The notes under the pieces were generated by a model. The model had not been told where the DNA came from, did not search any database, and saw only the letters and a list, made by a program, of their open reading frames with translations. A stretch of 64,000 bases of DNA from Eledone cirrhosa. Taxonomy: Eukaryota. The DNA is taken from NCBI GenBank assembly GCA_964016885.1, contig OZ024749.1, forward strand, positions 50,034,001 to 50,098,000, read 5' to 3'. Every line of letters begins with the position of its first letter. Positions within the stretch are counted from its first letter, which is position 1. This document shows positions 48,156-64,000 of this stretch, one piece after another. The position numbers and the translations under genes were made by a program.

Positions 48156-49154
48156 GGAATAGAATGAAACGAAATTTAATTTCTCACTGTTAGTACGGCA
48201 CTTACTTAAATGTAAGTATGTATGTATGTATACGTACATACATATATGTATTCAGACGTACAGTAGTATGTATATATATATATATACACACATGCACACA
48301 CACATATATATATATATATGCACGTATCGGTTTACCGAACATTTATTATAATGCTCGGTTTGATTGTTTGTAAACAAACAAACAGCCCGAATTACGCCGT
48401 ACAGTGTTTAGGCAACCACGTCACCTTTTTGTTCAACTACGTCACCTTTGTGTTGAACAAAAAGGTGACGTGGTTGCCTAAACACTGTACAGCGTAATTC
48501 AGGCTGTTTATTTGTTTACAAACAAACAAACCGAGCATTATAATAAATGTTCGATAAACCGATACGTTCACATATATATATGTGTGTGCATGTGTGTATA
48601 TATATATACTTACTACTGTACGTCTGTATACATATATGTATGTACGTATACATACATACATACTTACATTTAAGTAAGTGCCGTACTAAGAGTGAGAAGA
48701 GAAATTTTGTTTCATGTTATTCCATTTACCGTTTTCGGTGCGCCCGGCCGACTGAACACACTCGATATGCAAAATAGGCTGCTCAGTCGTTAATATGCAT
48801 AAGGAAAGTATATACTTTCAGACGTTCAACCATCTGGCAGGAAGGTATACGATGTTGACGATAGCTAATAAGCTTGAAACTAGTACATCGTTCCTAGGTC
48901 AGTGTTGAACAAAAAGGTGACGTGGTTGCCTAATCACTGTACGGCGTAATTCGGGCTGTTTGTTTCTTTACAAACAAACAAACCGAGCATTATAATAAAT
49001 GTTCGGTAAACCGATACGTGCATATATATATATATATATATACCTATAAATATATATATGTGTGTGTGTGTGCATGTGTGTGTATATATATATATATACA
49101 TACTACTGTACGTCTGTATACATATATGTATGTACGTATACATACATACGTACT

Positions 49155-49158
<4 letters not shown>
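48151..49158 (+). mobile_element. Family E: inverted arm plus 452-bp tandem unit with hammerhead
   Basis: 48151-48437 is the reverse complement of 48452-48728. GTTGAACAAAAAGGTGACGTGG starts units at 48452 and 48904. Confidence 0.85.
48850..48890 (+). ncRNA. Minimal type I hammerhead ribozyme (C3>U variant)
   Basis: CGAUG-UUGACGA-UAGCU-AAUA-AGCUU-GAAA-CUAG-UA-CAUCG. Stem I is perfect, and its central pair differs from the 31390-31430 copy. Confidence 0.8.
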
Positions 49159-49208
<50 letters not shown>

Positions 49209-49428
49209 TTTAGTTTGCGATACCTTCTTACAGCAGTTCGCTTACTTTACTGAATGAACTATGGGGTCAATAAATATGTTTTACAGTCACTTCTATTGGT
49301 GTGCCGTAACATGTTCTCTGGTAATGAAGCATCACGCAAAAGAAACATACTTACAGAAGAGTGAATAAAGCAGAGAGGCTTAATTCAACTGTCAGCTTCA
49401 ATATGATTAATGCATAGTATATCTGAAT

Positions 49429-49592
49429 AGGGTCGGACGCTATGCTTTGACGCATAGAGTTACGGCCCTTGCCATCCTGAGTTGAAATCCCGCCGATGTT
49501 AACTATGCCTTTCATCCTTACGGAGCCGATACATTATAGTACCAGGATGCACTGAGTAATTGCTGACCTTGTGAAAAAAGTGGAGACAATCA
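49429..49592 (+). mobile_element. tRNA-derived SINE, 5'-truncated and diverged
   Basis: Matches the main family. Confidence 0.8.
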
Positions 49593-49978
49593 TGTATAAC
49601 TAAGAAAGAGCGTGAAATAAATTGTTGAAACTTTATTACCCACTAAGAAATGAATTATCAAATCGGAATATTTTATTCACAGCTTTTATTTACGTATTAG
49701 AAATTATAAACTACATCAGTCAGTGCACAATTGTCAACATTTCAGTATGTAGAATCTGACCAGATGATGTTTGCCATCTAAGGTGATTATATTTGCGATG
49801 AAATGTAAAGAAGGTTGAAGAAATAACAAATTACTTTCGTATGGTAACTTATAAAACAACAGAGTCAAGTTACATTATCTATTCATATCATTGTTTTACG
49901 ATCGTTTCGGAGGGTTGATCAAAATTCTATATATACACTCTCTCTATATATATATATATGATATATATACTCTCTCTT

Positions 49979-50026
<48 letters not shown>

Positions 50027-50028
50027 TG

Positions 50029-50084
<56 letters not shown>

Positions 50085-50087
<3 letters not shown>

Positions 50088-50293
50088 TTATTAAAATAAC
50101 CGATTAAAGTTTAAGCAAAGAATCGCTGCTTTTACCCTTAACGGGATCAGAACATCCCGTTAAGGCTGAAAGCAGCGATTCTTTGCTTAAACTTTGATCT
50201 GTTATTTTAATAAATATTTGCTCTACGGTTCTTATATATTTGATATATATTTATCCTTATCGGATTTTAGTCTTCAAATGTATTATTATTACT
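50085..50293 (+). mobile_element. Family D fold-back copy
   Basis: Arms ~50085-50147 and ~50154-50217 are inverted, followed by the family D tail. TA-flanked. Confidence 0.75.
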
Positions 50294-50334
<41 letters not shown>

Positions 50335-50520
50335 ACAGATAACCACAATATTGGTAATAGTAATGGTGTTGTTAATAATAGTGATTAGATTAGTAGTAAT
50401 TATAATAATAAAACAAGGGTACTTTAGTGATAATGAGTAAATGTTATGTGTGCGTATTAAATGCAAACCTACTGACACCGACCGTGCATCAAAGCCATAA
50501 TCCATTAACGGAGAGCTCTA

Positions 50521-50715
50521 AATAATTGTTTCTACTGTTGGCACAATGCCAGCAATTATCCAGTGCATTACTGGTACTTTATTTTATCGACCCCGTAAGG
50601 ATGAAAGGCAAAGTTAACATCGGCGGGATTTGAACTCAAACCATAGAGGGGCGTAACTCTTTGCTGCAAAGCATAGCGTCAGACCCTCTACCGATACTGC
50701 CAATCCACCGCCCTT
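50521..50715 (-). mobile_element. Full-length tRNA-derived SINE with 16-bp TSD
   Basis: GAGAGCTCTAAATAAT at 50511-50526 and 50716-50731 flanks a complete copy. Confidence 0.9.
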
Positions 50716-50946
50716 GAGAGCTCTAAATAATATATGGTGCTATGTATATTCACTTTCGTAACGACACAAGGTTGTCATAATAACAATTAAAATGAAGTAT
50801 TTGGATAATAAATATATATTTTACGTCAATCAAGCGTAATAAATCTTCTGAGTCAACTGAGATATTTAACACAAGATATGATATATAAATATATAAATGA
50901 ATAAATATATATGTATATATATTTTATATCTCTATATATATATATA

Positions 50947-51690
<744 letters not shown>

Positions 51691-53335
51691 ATGTATTCAT
51701 ATTCATAATAGCCATAAAACAAAATATTGATGTAACATCAATATAGAGACTATATTGTAAACAAATCACTGTTTTGATGTTGTGTTGAACTATGTTTTAT
51801 TTTGCTGTTTAAATAGTGTTAATGTACCTTTACTATTTCGTTTGGCGAAACTTTACTCTTTTGATCATTTAGAGTATGATGTGATTGAATTTCAGTAATT
51901 ATTCACGTAAGCAATCGTAGTGGATATTTTCTTTTTTATCAATTAAGTTATTTATTCATATTTGTGACTTTATTGAACAAATCCATCGTTCGAGTCTATA
52001 CTATTACTCATCTATAATAAATCTATTCAATGTTAAACCGGTCTCTCCAACTAATCTAACTTCAATATTGTCTATTGCCATCGTAAGAATAATATCCTTT
52101 TTCTAATCTGAGAACTAAAGTTTTATAATGAAAATAATTTATATTATGCAATACTATACATGACCCATGTTTCTCCTAATACGTTGCGATATTTGTGAAT
52201 TTAGCTAAACCTACGTATATATGAATGTTTGACTGGCTAGATGTTTGTATATATTTATATTTGTAAGGTTGAATGGGTAGTTATATTTACACGGACATGT
52301 ATCTATATGTGTGTGTATTTGGCTGACATGTGTGTGTGTTTGTGTTTGTGTTTGGCGACCTTCTGAGTGTGTTTTTTCTTGTTTAAAATAGACATGAATA
52401 TAAATGATGGTTATAAATGAAAACGCAACGGTATGTTCTCTTGGAATTGAAACATAAACCTCATATAAGATAAACATCGATTTTAGACACTGGCATATAT
52501 ATTAATTAGAATTGTCGGCCTATCAAAGGGATTGTTTAGAAAAAAAACAATAATACAGATGAATATAATAATGCACCATATATAATGGCGAGTTTATATT
52601 ATATCAGAATATCTTGTTTGTTTAGAGGCAATGTCCTCTCATTTGGGGGTAACGGTCATCTATTTAGCATCGTAGCGCATGATATGATTATTAATCTAGT
52701 TTATGGGCCCGATTCGCATACAACCTAACATGATTTATCAATTAAAATTCTCAATATAGGTTCTTGAGCAAAAGCCAGCTTTTGTCACATTGCGCGATTC
52801 ATACACCTCCTCAGAGGCGATTATGTCAAATGATCTTACCTCAGGAATATGTCCGCTATTATCTCCTGTTTTCTATGTGTTTTAAATTCAATACGAGACT
52901 AGCAGTGTTCCAGCACACAATCTACTACATACTTTAAAAATAAATATCTGAAACATAGCTACCGTGTGAGAGGGCATTGTAAATCTACTTTTGAGTAACG
53001 TATGAAAAATATACATATTTATATAATAATCTGCGTATATTTTGATTTAAGCGATATAACAATAATCTTAAGAAAAACTATTCCATAAATTTAGGAAATA
53101 TATTTAATATTTAACATCTAATATATTTACATGAAGTGTTAAATAAATGCGCATTCATTTACATAAATTTACATAAAGCTGACAACTTAGTTGAAACGAC
53201 CATTGTCCATCGGGTTCTGTTTCCTAGCTTTTCAAATTTTGTCTCGAATATATTATGTATACTAAGTTATTCAGATCATAATGTTTTATATTTAATTGTA
53301 AATATGGGTGTCCTCACTAGATATATTATATATAT

Positions 53336-53388
<53 letters not shown>

Positions 53389-53389
53389 T

Positions 53390-53455
<66 letters not shown>

Positions 53456-53870
53456 ATGTAGGTGGTTGAGTGTTTGAGCCTGTATGAATGTATTCAGTGG
53501 GGGGATGGGATGAGTGCGTGTATGTATGTATTTATATATTGATCAGTCTGGAAATAAATCTAAAGCAAAATTGTCTACTTTGGTTTCATACACTATAGTC
53601 TTATAAGCTTACGGATGTAAATCATATTACATTTCTATTTATTAATTAAATTCACAACATGACATATTCATATATTTATATCTATGCATTTATATATATA
53701 GATGTGCTGTGTGCGTGTGTATTTGTTTGGATGCGTGATAAATAAATAGATATTTGACGGAAGGAAATATAACGAACACGTCCTAAACAATTCGCATTGC
53801 CTCACACTCCGGAGTACATACTTTATTATATATATATATGTATATACATATATATATATATATATTTCCT

Positions 53871-53968
<98 letters not shown>

Positions 53969-54001
53969 AGTAAAGGCGAAGTAGTTTCAAGTCTGTTAAT
54001 A

Positions 54002-54032
<31 letters not shown>

Positions 54033-57000
54033 CATGCTCGCAAGTCACCCTTATATGTAATTCGCTTCATGTACGCCACTCTATGTAAATTCGTGTATGT
54101 GTATTAGATTATAGGCGTATTATCTTTGCTACATCTATTGTAATACAACATTTGCAGCAGCTTGTAATGATATTTGATGAGCTTCGAACCACATGGTAAT
54201 ACGGACTAATCATCGTGGGTTTGCTCAATGTGGAACGATAATGTCGAAAGACACATCACCTAATTGCCTGAAGATAACAGCTGTCAAATATCACTTTTGG
54301 GAAACCTTTGATCACCAGCATGGTTACATCTTAAATACAATGCATCACACCTAGTTATCTCACCTTAAAGAGCAATGATTGTGAGAAAACATGCAAGGTG
54401 TTGCTGTAAGGGAAACATAATTAGAATCATATGACCCTTTCTTCAATAGAATTAATATATGAAATGATCAATGTAAGCGCCATACGTTAGAATCCCAATC
54501 TACTTTACAAAGGTTTAAATATACCCTACTAAACCGACTTAAGTTTTGGATTTACTTTTATCTATATTCCACAAGTCAGATTCCTGTGAATATATACATC
54601 ACCGAGACAGATTACATGATAATTAAGCTTTGTTCCAAAGGGTGAATAGTAGAAATACTATAATGTCGAAGAAAGTACTAAAACGTATGCACATATATAC
54701 ATATACACTTGCTACATAGAAATATATAACAAACATGACATGTTCATATATATGTGAGTATGTATATGTGTGTGTGTATGTGTGTGTATCTGTGTGCGTG
54801 CGTGTATGGGTGTGTAGGCATGTATGTGTATGTATGTATGTAGGTATGGAGGTGATATATGTGTGATTGCCTATATGTTTGTGTTTTTGGATGTGAGTGT
54901 GCCTGTGTAAGTACAAAGTAAAAACACACGCATACGCATACATGAATCAATGTCAGGTATTCAAGCTAAACCTATGACCATTTACTTTAACATTGGCCAA
55001 AAATAAACATTTGAAATAGGTATTGAGACATGATGCCACTGGAAGTGTCGTTATCGTCCTTTGTGAATCTCTGTTTAAAAGTAATATACTGTTTTTCAAT
55101 GTTGTTTTGTTTCTTATTAGATTTCTGCTTTTCGAAATGCTCATAATTGGCAGCAGGTAATAACCACTTTCTTGAAATCATCCTAACAGCAGCCGTATTA
55201 TATCATTCTAATCATGCCTCAGAACGTGTTTATTTCAATGCTTGAAACAACATTAAGTACGAACGCAAATCAAACGACATGAAACAAAAAGAAAGAATGC
55301 ACACGTTGTCGTATTATTACATTTCCACAAAGCTAGAACTGCTGTTGTTAAGCAGTGAAACGTTATAAACAATGTCAAATTATGAAATAGTATGTAATTC
55401 TACCACTATTGGCTATTTCATAATTCTGTATTTCTGTGTCATTTAGATAGTCGAAGTAACATTGCGTGAATATTTTTCAGACAAAATATATATTATAAGT
55501 TATTTTTAGAAATGCAATATTAGGGAAAATAACATTTTATCACATGTAAGCCGTTCACTGAAAAGTATGTAACTACTATATATCAAGTTAAGGTTATCCT
55601 CTTGATAATGATATTTCACCCAATTTATTGTCTTACTTCCTACAATTTGTTCGACATAAAGATGTCATTTACATAAGCTTTGTTCTCATGACTGATTGTA
55701 TTATGTTGCATAACTAAACTTCCTCTACGAAATATGTTTGCTTTAAAAAGATATCTAGCATTACTCTGTCTTAGCTCTTTCTAAAATAAATTAAATGATT
55801 AAATAAACACCAATATAAGTAAAGAGATATCACGGCACCATCTTAAAAATAAGAAAAAGTAAATGGAAAAATATAAAACAGTAGTTCGATGATATGCTTA
55901 ACCACTGGGTTGCTACAAACCTACACGATATTCCACGCAGTAGTCAACTAGACGTACATGAACATTGCCCAATAAGACATTGATGGCAAGCAACAGTAAC
56001 TCAACTATAATTATACAAATGTGAGGGATTTCGGCATTAAAACTCCAATCCCTTTTTAAAAGAGATATTTTAAAAGATTAGGCCCTCCTCAATTCGTTTG
56101 TTTCTCATTAGTATATGTTTTTGTGACACATATTGGGGATCAAAACACTCGGAAAACGTTGCTACTATGTATACTGCATTGCATGATATGTGTAGATGGA
56201 ACTCACCCCTCAGGAGTTATAGTATCCCTATTATAATCTAGAGCTGCTCAGATTACAGAGACCAGATGAATGGTATTGTGTATATCGCATAACTGGTCCA
56301 GGATATATTGCTATCCAGAAGCATGATTAGACACTAAATGTGTGTGTGTGTATTACATGTTAGTAATTAGACTCATACATCAAGTGTTCACTTTCCAATA
56401 ATTTTACAGTAGATATTTTATGTTCTCATATGAAACATGATATGCGAATATATGTTGGGACACATAAACATACACACACCCAAACAATCACAAACAAACA
56501 CGCTCCTGCAAATGATTGCGTGACTGATACTTTACAACATACTCTATTGCCGATTGTTATAGGCTCATGAAACGGGATTTACACCATTGACCATCATGAA
56601 TATACAGCATCATATAACGTTTACAAGCTCACGGGAAACGTTCATAAAATTAATAGAAGGCGATAGCACAAAGCCAAACTACGTTGGTTTAACTTGGTCT
56701 CTGAAGTCATCACATTTATGTAGAGAAGTATGCATGTATGTAATTCGTAAAGAAATAGAAAATATTATTTCCTGTACCATTTTGAGGATTTGGGTATTAA
56801 ACGAAATGAGTAACACGAAATTGTGTATGTAACTTTGAAATTCTAAGACATGCACGTCGTATTATTACATGTTAATAATTTTTCAGGCAACTAAATATAT
56901 TCTTTCCCTCATTTCTTTGTGTAAAAGTTCAAATAACCAAGATTCTTCTCCATAACTCTCTGATGTCCGTTTATATGAAGATCTATTTCAAATTTATTGA

Positions 57001-58962
57001 TCGTTACTTTACATCATATCCATTCATATACGTGTTTGCTAAAATGAGGCAGAAATTTGTAATAATGGAATTATATGCATTCGATCGATAAGTAAGAAGG
57101 GCAGGATTTTGATGTGAATAAGTAGAGGATGATGGAAATATTCAAGTGGAGATTATTGGATATAGGACTTTGAAAAGAAATTGAAACATGAAAGAGCAAA
57201 GAAGTTAATAGAAACCAGTTAGTAGGTATACAATAAGGAAATATGAAAGAAAACATTCCTACTTTGTTTGAGATATTGTGTTTCTGTTGTTACCTGCTGT
57301 TAAAAAGTGCTTTGAAATGATTGAAGAATTTCTTTGGTCTTGCCAAGAAAATGGCCATATTGCATGATTTGTATCTATCCAATTAGAAACACGCATATTC
57401 TTAACTGTTATGCGTATTAACTAAGAGAGCGTTGCTATATTGACGCTCAGGATGACATATTTGAGACTGCCTGGCAACCGGAAACTTGAGATTACTAATA
57501 TGTTTATTAAAATCGAATACAAGCGATCACTTGATTGGTTTAAAAGAAATACATTTAGAGTATTATCATTCACTCAATAATATTGGTCCAGCTATTTAAA
57601 ATTACCTGAGTGAACAATGTAACAGAAGTTTATATATGTATATCAACATTAATCGAAGTAATTTGGTTGTCAAATATAGATAATTCACGCCTTCCTAAAT
57701 TGATGAGTAATTTTTAGCCATCTATAATATTAACATAATATCAAGAGAAAATCAACGTGATACCATATTATACGCACATATTCTCTAGGGTAATTATAAT
57801 TAGAATCTAAAAGAATATGTGAGGGATTGGTTATAAATCTTTTCGTGAGAAATACATGTTTAATTCATATTGCATTACAGGTGGAAGTAATTTTCAAAGG
57901 TAAACAATGTGACAGTTGCAGGTGTTTTCATTAAAACTGCTTGTCCATACGTAGCCGCAGGTGGAAACGAAAAGGAAACTTCTTGAGAATTGAGAACTTG
58001 TTTTACAAATAACACACATAAAACACCGCAAACAGAATTACAGAGCTCCATCCAACACCACCAACACCACTAGCACCACCACCAACAACAAAGATACATA
58101 CCTGAACAATAATTGTATTTGTAAAATTAATTGCATAGAAATGACGGCGTGGGGTTTACTATTACCTGCGACTACAGAAATGAAATTGCTGAAAGTAGTA
58201 ATACTGGCACTGCTAGAGTGGGAATTATACAATAGCTGCAATAAAAAAAAGAACTAATACCAACAGAATGCATTTGCAGGAAACACATATATACGTATAT
58301 GTTTTTTATCATAACATAATAAACAACATACGATAAACTGCTATACGATAATATGGATCAAAGAAATTTGCTCCCGAGTGTATTACTTAGAGAATTATGA
58401 TGAAAGTCTATCCAGCTACGATGTCGCTCCCATAAGACAATCTCCTTCAAAACCTGCTTAAGTTTGCTATCAAATATATAATTAAAGAACTCAGACTGTA
58501 CATAAATAATGAAGTAGGAATATCCCCCGTTTCCCGGGTACTAATACATACAGCTAACAGTGTTTGTGTATGATACAACTAATGGTATTATGTGTGATTA
58601 CATATGTTCTTTTAACTGAAACTCAGCAGGTAGGGGAAATAATCTGATTGTTTTTCTGTGCGCTCAGCGTGTTATGCATTTTCTCAATATATTGCTAATT
58701 GATTAACGGCAGAAAGGCTTCAACGAGAATTCAGTTATCACAACTACAGTGTCAGCGTTAAATCAGTTGCTGTTCAACGTTGTTATATATATACTTTGTT
58801 TTTGAATTAATTTTGCCTACTACAATGTTCAATTTGTCAAACTATTTAAACATTTGTTATTAATATAAGGACATACCCTCATCGAGTGTTTTGCTAACTC
58901 ATTCATATTGTAGGTCGAATTTTCTTGCCCACGGCCAAAGATTCCATTTTACTAATCCGCCA

Positions 58963-59023
<61 letters not shown>

Positions 59024-59052
59024 TGTGTGTTCACACGCGCTTGTATATCTAC

Positions 59053-59107
<55 letters not shown>

Positions 59108-59176
59108 TGTATGTATACATACACGCATCCATATATATATATATATGTATATATATGTACACACACATACACACAT

Positions 59177-59207
<31 letters not shown>

Positions 59208-59719
59208 CATACGAATATATGCATGTATGTAGACATACATACGTCACTTTCCCGTAAGGCATCTTTGATTTAAAACATTATTGTTTCATGTCGTTCTCAA
59301 TTTTCTTTAAATACACGTGATGGAATTTCTAACTACTGATACGCATATGATGTATTTTTAAGTAATAAAGCCTTGCAACTATTTTCTTAAATGATAAATA
59401 TTTCTCTCCCTGGACAGTCTAATATTACTCTCCTCCTTCGTCTTTGTTACGCGCTGCATTGTATGATTCGGCATTTGGGGATTTTCTGCTGTAATTAAGC
59501 TTAATCTTCGAAAGCTTATGAATACAGGTAGCGTTGTTTAAATTTATATTTTACGTATTCGTCGTTTATGCATAATTTTATTAAAATCATAATTATAGAA
59601 TTTCAAAGAATTTTTATTATAATTAACTTTGTGATTTTTCTTACAACTTCAAGGTTTTAATATTGTTGTATTTATATTCTAGATATGTTACAATGTTGTA
59701 TCTTAAATATTGTAACACC

Positions 59720-59888
59720 TAGAGGGTTGGACGCCATGCGTTCTAGCATAGTTACGTCTCTTTACGGCCTGAGTTCAAATCCCGTCGAGGTTAACTTTGC
59801 CTTTCATCCTTACGGGGTCGATAAAATAAAGTACCAGTAATATACTGAGTAATTGCTGGCGTTGTGCAAAAAGTAGAAACAATTATTA
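59720..59888 (+). mobile_element. tRNA-derived SINE
   Basis: Matches the main family, slightly 5'-truncated. Confidence 0.85.
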
Positions 59889-60154
59889 AGTTTTTCTATC
59901 GGTGTTAATTCGTAGTATCATTAAACCATCGGAAAAAATGAATTGCAGTATTTACATGCGATCCTTTGGCTTCTATGTTCAAATACCGTAGAGGCCAAAT
60001 TTGCCTTTCGTCCATTGTTTTGGATAAAGACATGTCACTCTCCTTCGATAGAATCGGCTTACCCTTCCCTATTGGCCTGTTGACTGAATTATTTTTAAAA
60101 TATTGAGACAAACGATTGCACACCCCCGAATTAAACACAAATAAATGAATATTA

Positions 60155-60340
60155 TTGGCAGAGTCATAGTGGGTCGGGTAGAATGCTTTACGGTATTAAT
60201 TCCACATCATTGCCCCCTCTGAGTTCAAATCACGCCATGGTCAACCTTGCCTTTCATCATTTCAGGGTTGATAACATAAAGTACCAGTAAACAACTGGGA
60301 TAACTACTGGCCTTTTGACAAAAGGAGAAACAATTTTATT
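60155..60340 (+). mobile_element. Diverged tRNA-derived SINE
   Basis: GAGTTCAAATC..GGTCAACCTTGCCTTTCATC..GATAACATAAAGTACCAG. Confidence 0.7.
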
Positions 60341-60992
60341 ACTGTTAATGAGAATTATTTAACTAGTATTCGATGCCCTCAAATAATTGTGAAAATGTAT
60401 ATCTATATAATTTAAAGGAGGTATTTGTTATGAATTCGTTTTTAACATGGGATATTATCCTACTTTGGCATGTGAATTTAATTTCTACATTTAAATTCCG
60501 AATTGATTCGCTTTATACCCAATACATTTCGTTTAATCCATTCCTGGCTCGTAATTGGAATGTTATTGATAAGTGGTAGCATAATTATATATTTCATCTT
60601 GAAGGATATTTATATTATGAAAAATAAATATTATTATATTCGTCATACTGTTTATTAAGATACATATTTGAGTTTATATTCTATGAATGTTAATTTAAGC
60701 AGCAAACCTTCATACTTCGTAATACTGATTTGAAAAAGATTCCATAACACTTGTCCATCTACAATGGATGGAAACAACAACTATTTGCTGAATGGTGTTC
60801 CTTATTAGATGGATATAAATGTTGTATTAAATATGAGAGCGATAATAGAATTGTTGCCTGATTTTCATAAGAGTAATTGATATACATTTTAATTATTTCA
60901 TTTCAAATTGCTATACACACATGACCATAGACAATTAGAACAGCTAGATGAACACATACATACACTCACACAAACACACACACATACACTCA

Positions 60993-61070
<78 letters not shown>

Positions 61071-61089
61071 CATATAGGTCTAAACTGTC

Positions 61090-61310
61090 TCGAGCTCGGG
61101 GGTTCCTCATGGCGGTGCTTATCCTGGTTTCCGTTGAATGAAGCTACTGAGAGTATAAGACCAGCCCCGGAATAGGATGCGTGTCCACTGGTGGTTTAAA
61201 CGCAACTTATTGCCGGTACTCAAATTCAGCAGAATATACAGGATTTAAGTGAAAAGTCAGTGTTTTGCCGAAGAACGCAACACGCAACCATAGTATTCGA
61301 ACCCATAATA
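61090..61310 (-). mobile_element. Decayed SINE-like element of another family
   Basis: GTGTTTTGCCGAAGAACGCAACAC..TATTCGAACCC is the reverse complement of a B box plus a GTGTT(G)CGTTCTT-type central segment. Confidence 0.45.
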
Positions 61311-62047
61311 GAGGATTATGTGGCAATTTCACTTGATGAATTAGTAAGGCATATATCAACAGGTAATAATGTACTAGATAATATGTAATTAGTCGTATGT
61401 AGTTATGCAAATAACATCAAATCTTCGTCTTACACTAAGTCGTATACAGTTTCAAATAATTGTACCTAATTCAACCACTGTTCTAAAAAAATGGTCTTCA
61501 TGCTAAACATATTACTGCGACATTGTATATGCACTTAACATCAATTAGTCATAGAAAGGGTAACATGCGTGTATCGTTAAGCTTCACAATAATGCTAATT
61601 TACTAAACCACGATACACTGTAAAATAATTTCTTCTCAAACGATATATGACTCTATACTTAAGCATGTTTAGCTTTGTAAATATTTATAAGTTTCCCATA
61701 ATGAATTCCTTTTCTCAAGTGCTTAAACTCAAAGTAAATTTACATGAAACACACAAGCTCTCACCTTCAAAGTAATTTAACGTACTCTTAACTCTAACGA
61801 AAATTCTCCTTCCCATGCAGACATACTTCTTGGTAGAGCCGTGTTGTCATTTAGCTTTTATTGGATATTTTGTTTTAAGCTAAGTATAGCGTATTACATC
61901 TCCAGGTCTGAACGCAGCTGATTTCTTACATAGAGGAAGGCAGATAGGTAGAGGTAGTTGTGAAAGAGATATAAGGAAAGAAACGGCACCTATGCTAGAC
62001 TGGCGGAATCCATTGAAATCTAAAATATGAAAGACAAGCATTTCGTT

Positions 62048-62115
<68 letters not shown>

Positions 62116-62299
62116 AACGAAATGTTAAACATACTCACCCACTCCTGATACTTATATCTCGCTACATATCCCTCTCCATCATATTTAGTTTGTCACACTT
62201 TTACTTGTGGTATATAAATATTGATGTTTGTTGTAATAGATCACTGCCAAGACAGGGATTGAACCATCAGCACAGTTGAACTATGTCATACATCAATTT

Positions 62300-62415
62300 A
62301 TATATTTTATCTGATGAGGACGCACTGAAAAAATAGCACAGTACCTCCGAAATATATATAACAAAACATATATTTTGATTATGTGAATGTATCCAGTTAT
62401 TAATATTTTGAATAA
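62300..62415 (+). ncRNA. Hammerhead core in a diverged relative of the 1791-2245 family
   Basis: TATATTTTAT-CTGATGA (62311)-GGACGCACTG..CAGTACCTCC-GAAA (62349)-TATA-TA-TAA. Flanks resemble 2060-2170; the stem I register is imperfect. Confidence 0.6.
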
Positions 62416-62439
62416 TATATATATATATGTATGTATACA

Positions 62440-62477
<38 letters not shown>

Positions 62478-62479
62478 TG

Positions 62480-62565
<86 letters not shown>

Positions 62566-62659
62566 TACATATATATCCACCTCCCTCTCCCAAGCGTGAA
62601 ACTAGAAACTATATCATTTGTACTGACTCTCTGCTTTTTCTCAGTTCATTTTTTCAACT

Positions 62660-63153
<494 letters not shown>

Positions 63154-63777
63154 TATATATGTGGTCATGTGTGTGATCATGTTTTGCAGCTTGTCATATT
63201 CATCATATATATATTTTTTTAATTATTATTCCAAATAAGAATTATAGGTATAAAACGTAAAGTATGTAATCCATGATAAATGTGTTTTTGAATGAAAATA
63301 AAGAAATGCGGAATATAAATCTGGAAAAAATAATAACTAAGGTATGCTGCATAAGCGATATATAAAAGAAAATAATTAAAATAAATGTAGCACATATTTG
63401 TTAAACGCCGCGCATATTTCTTAACATTAACAATTCTTATAATAACAAAAAAAAAAAAATATATATATATATAAAATGAAAATTCTTCCCCGGGAATATA
63501 TAAATCTGCAACGTGTAGAGCATAGTTCTGACACAGAATTTGTGTTTACCACTGTGTATAACTGGTCCCCTCCACAAATACTTGAATACATGCACGGAAT
63601 CATATACATGCTTTTACATAAATAGAGTATGCTTATATATATAGAGAGAGAATATACGTGTAGGTATATGTATCTATATTCATATATATGTATATATATA
63701 TATATATATACATATATGTATACATTCATTTACATATATATTTACTCTCTCTCTCTTTATATATATAGATATATAGA

Positions 63778-63861
<84 letters not shown>

Positions 63862-64000
63862 TGTTATGTCTGTGTGTGTATATCTGCGTATTTGTGGACA
63901 TGTATACTTGGGATTTTCTCTTTCTATATACAACTATGATACTTTCAATGTCGGCTTTGAATGTATGTGTGTGTTAATGGAAAATGAAAAACTCAGAAGT

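Overview
AT-rich, microsatellite-saturated animal genomic DNA, most likely octopus/coleoid cephalopod (inferred from the tRNA-derived SINE family and the extreme (TA)n/(CA)n/(GA)n load). No host protein-coding gene can be supported, and almost all listed ORFs are translations of microsatellites. The window contains about 20 tRNA-derived SINE copies, an R4/Dong-type LINE fragment adjoining a (TAA)n tract, and two Penelope-like GIY-YIG remnants. The main signal is that the short unique islands between (TA)n tracts belong to roughly ten distinct Penelope-like (pLTR-type) mini-element families. Most carry a type I hammerhead ribozyme motif (CUGANGA...GAAA...UH). Three motifs look intact (43377-43427, 31390-31430, 16956-17000), and one pair of copies shows a stem I substitution that preserves pairing. 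The elements are arranged as fold-back inversions and/or 430-550 bp tandem units, resembling retrozymes. All folds and alignments were read by eye, so boundaries are approximate.
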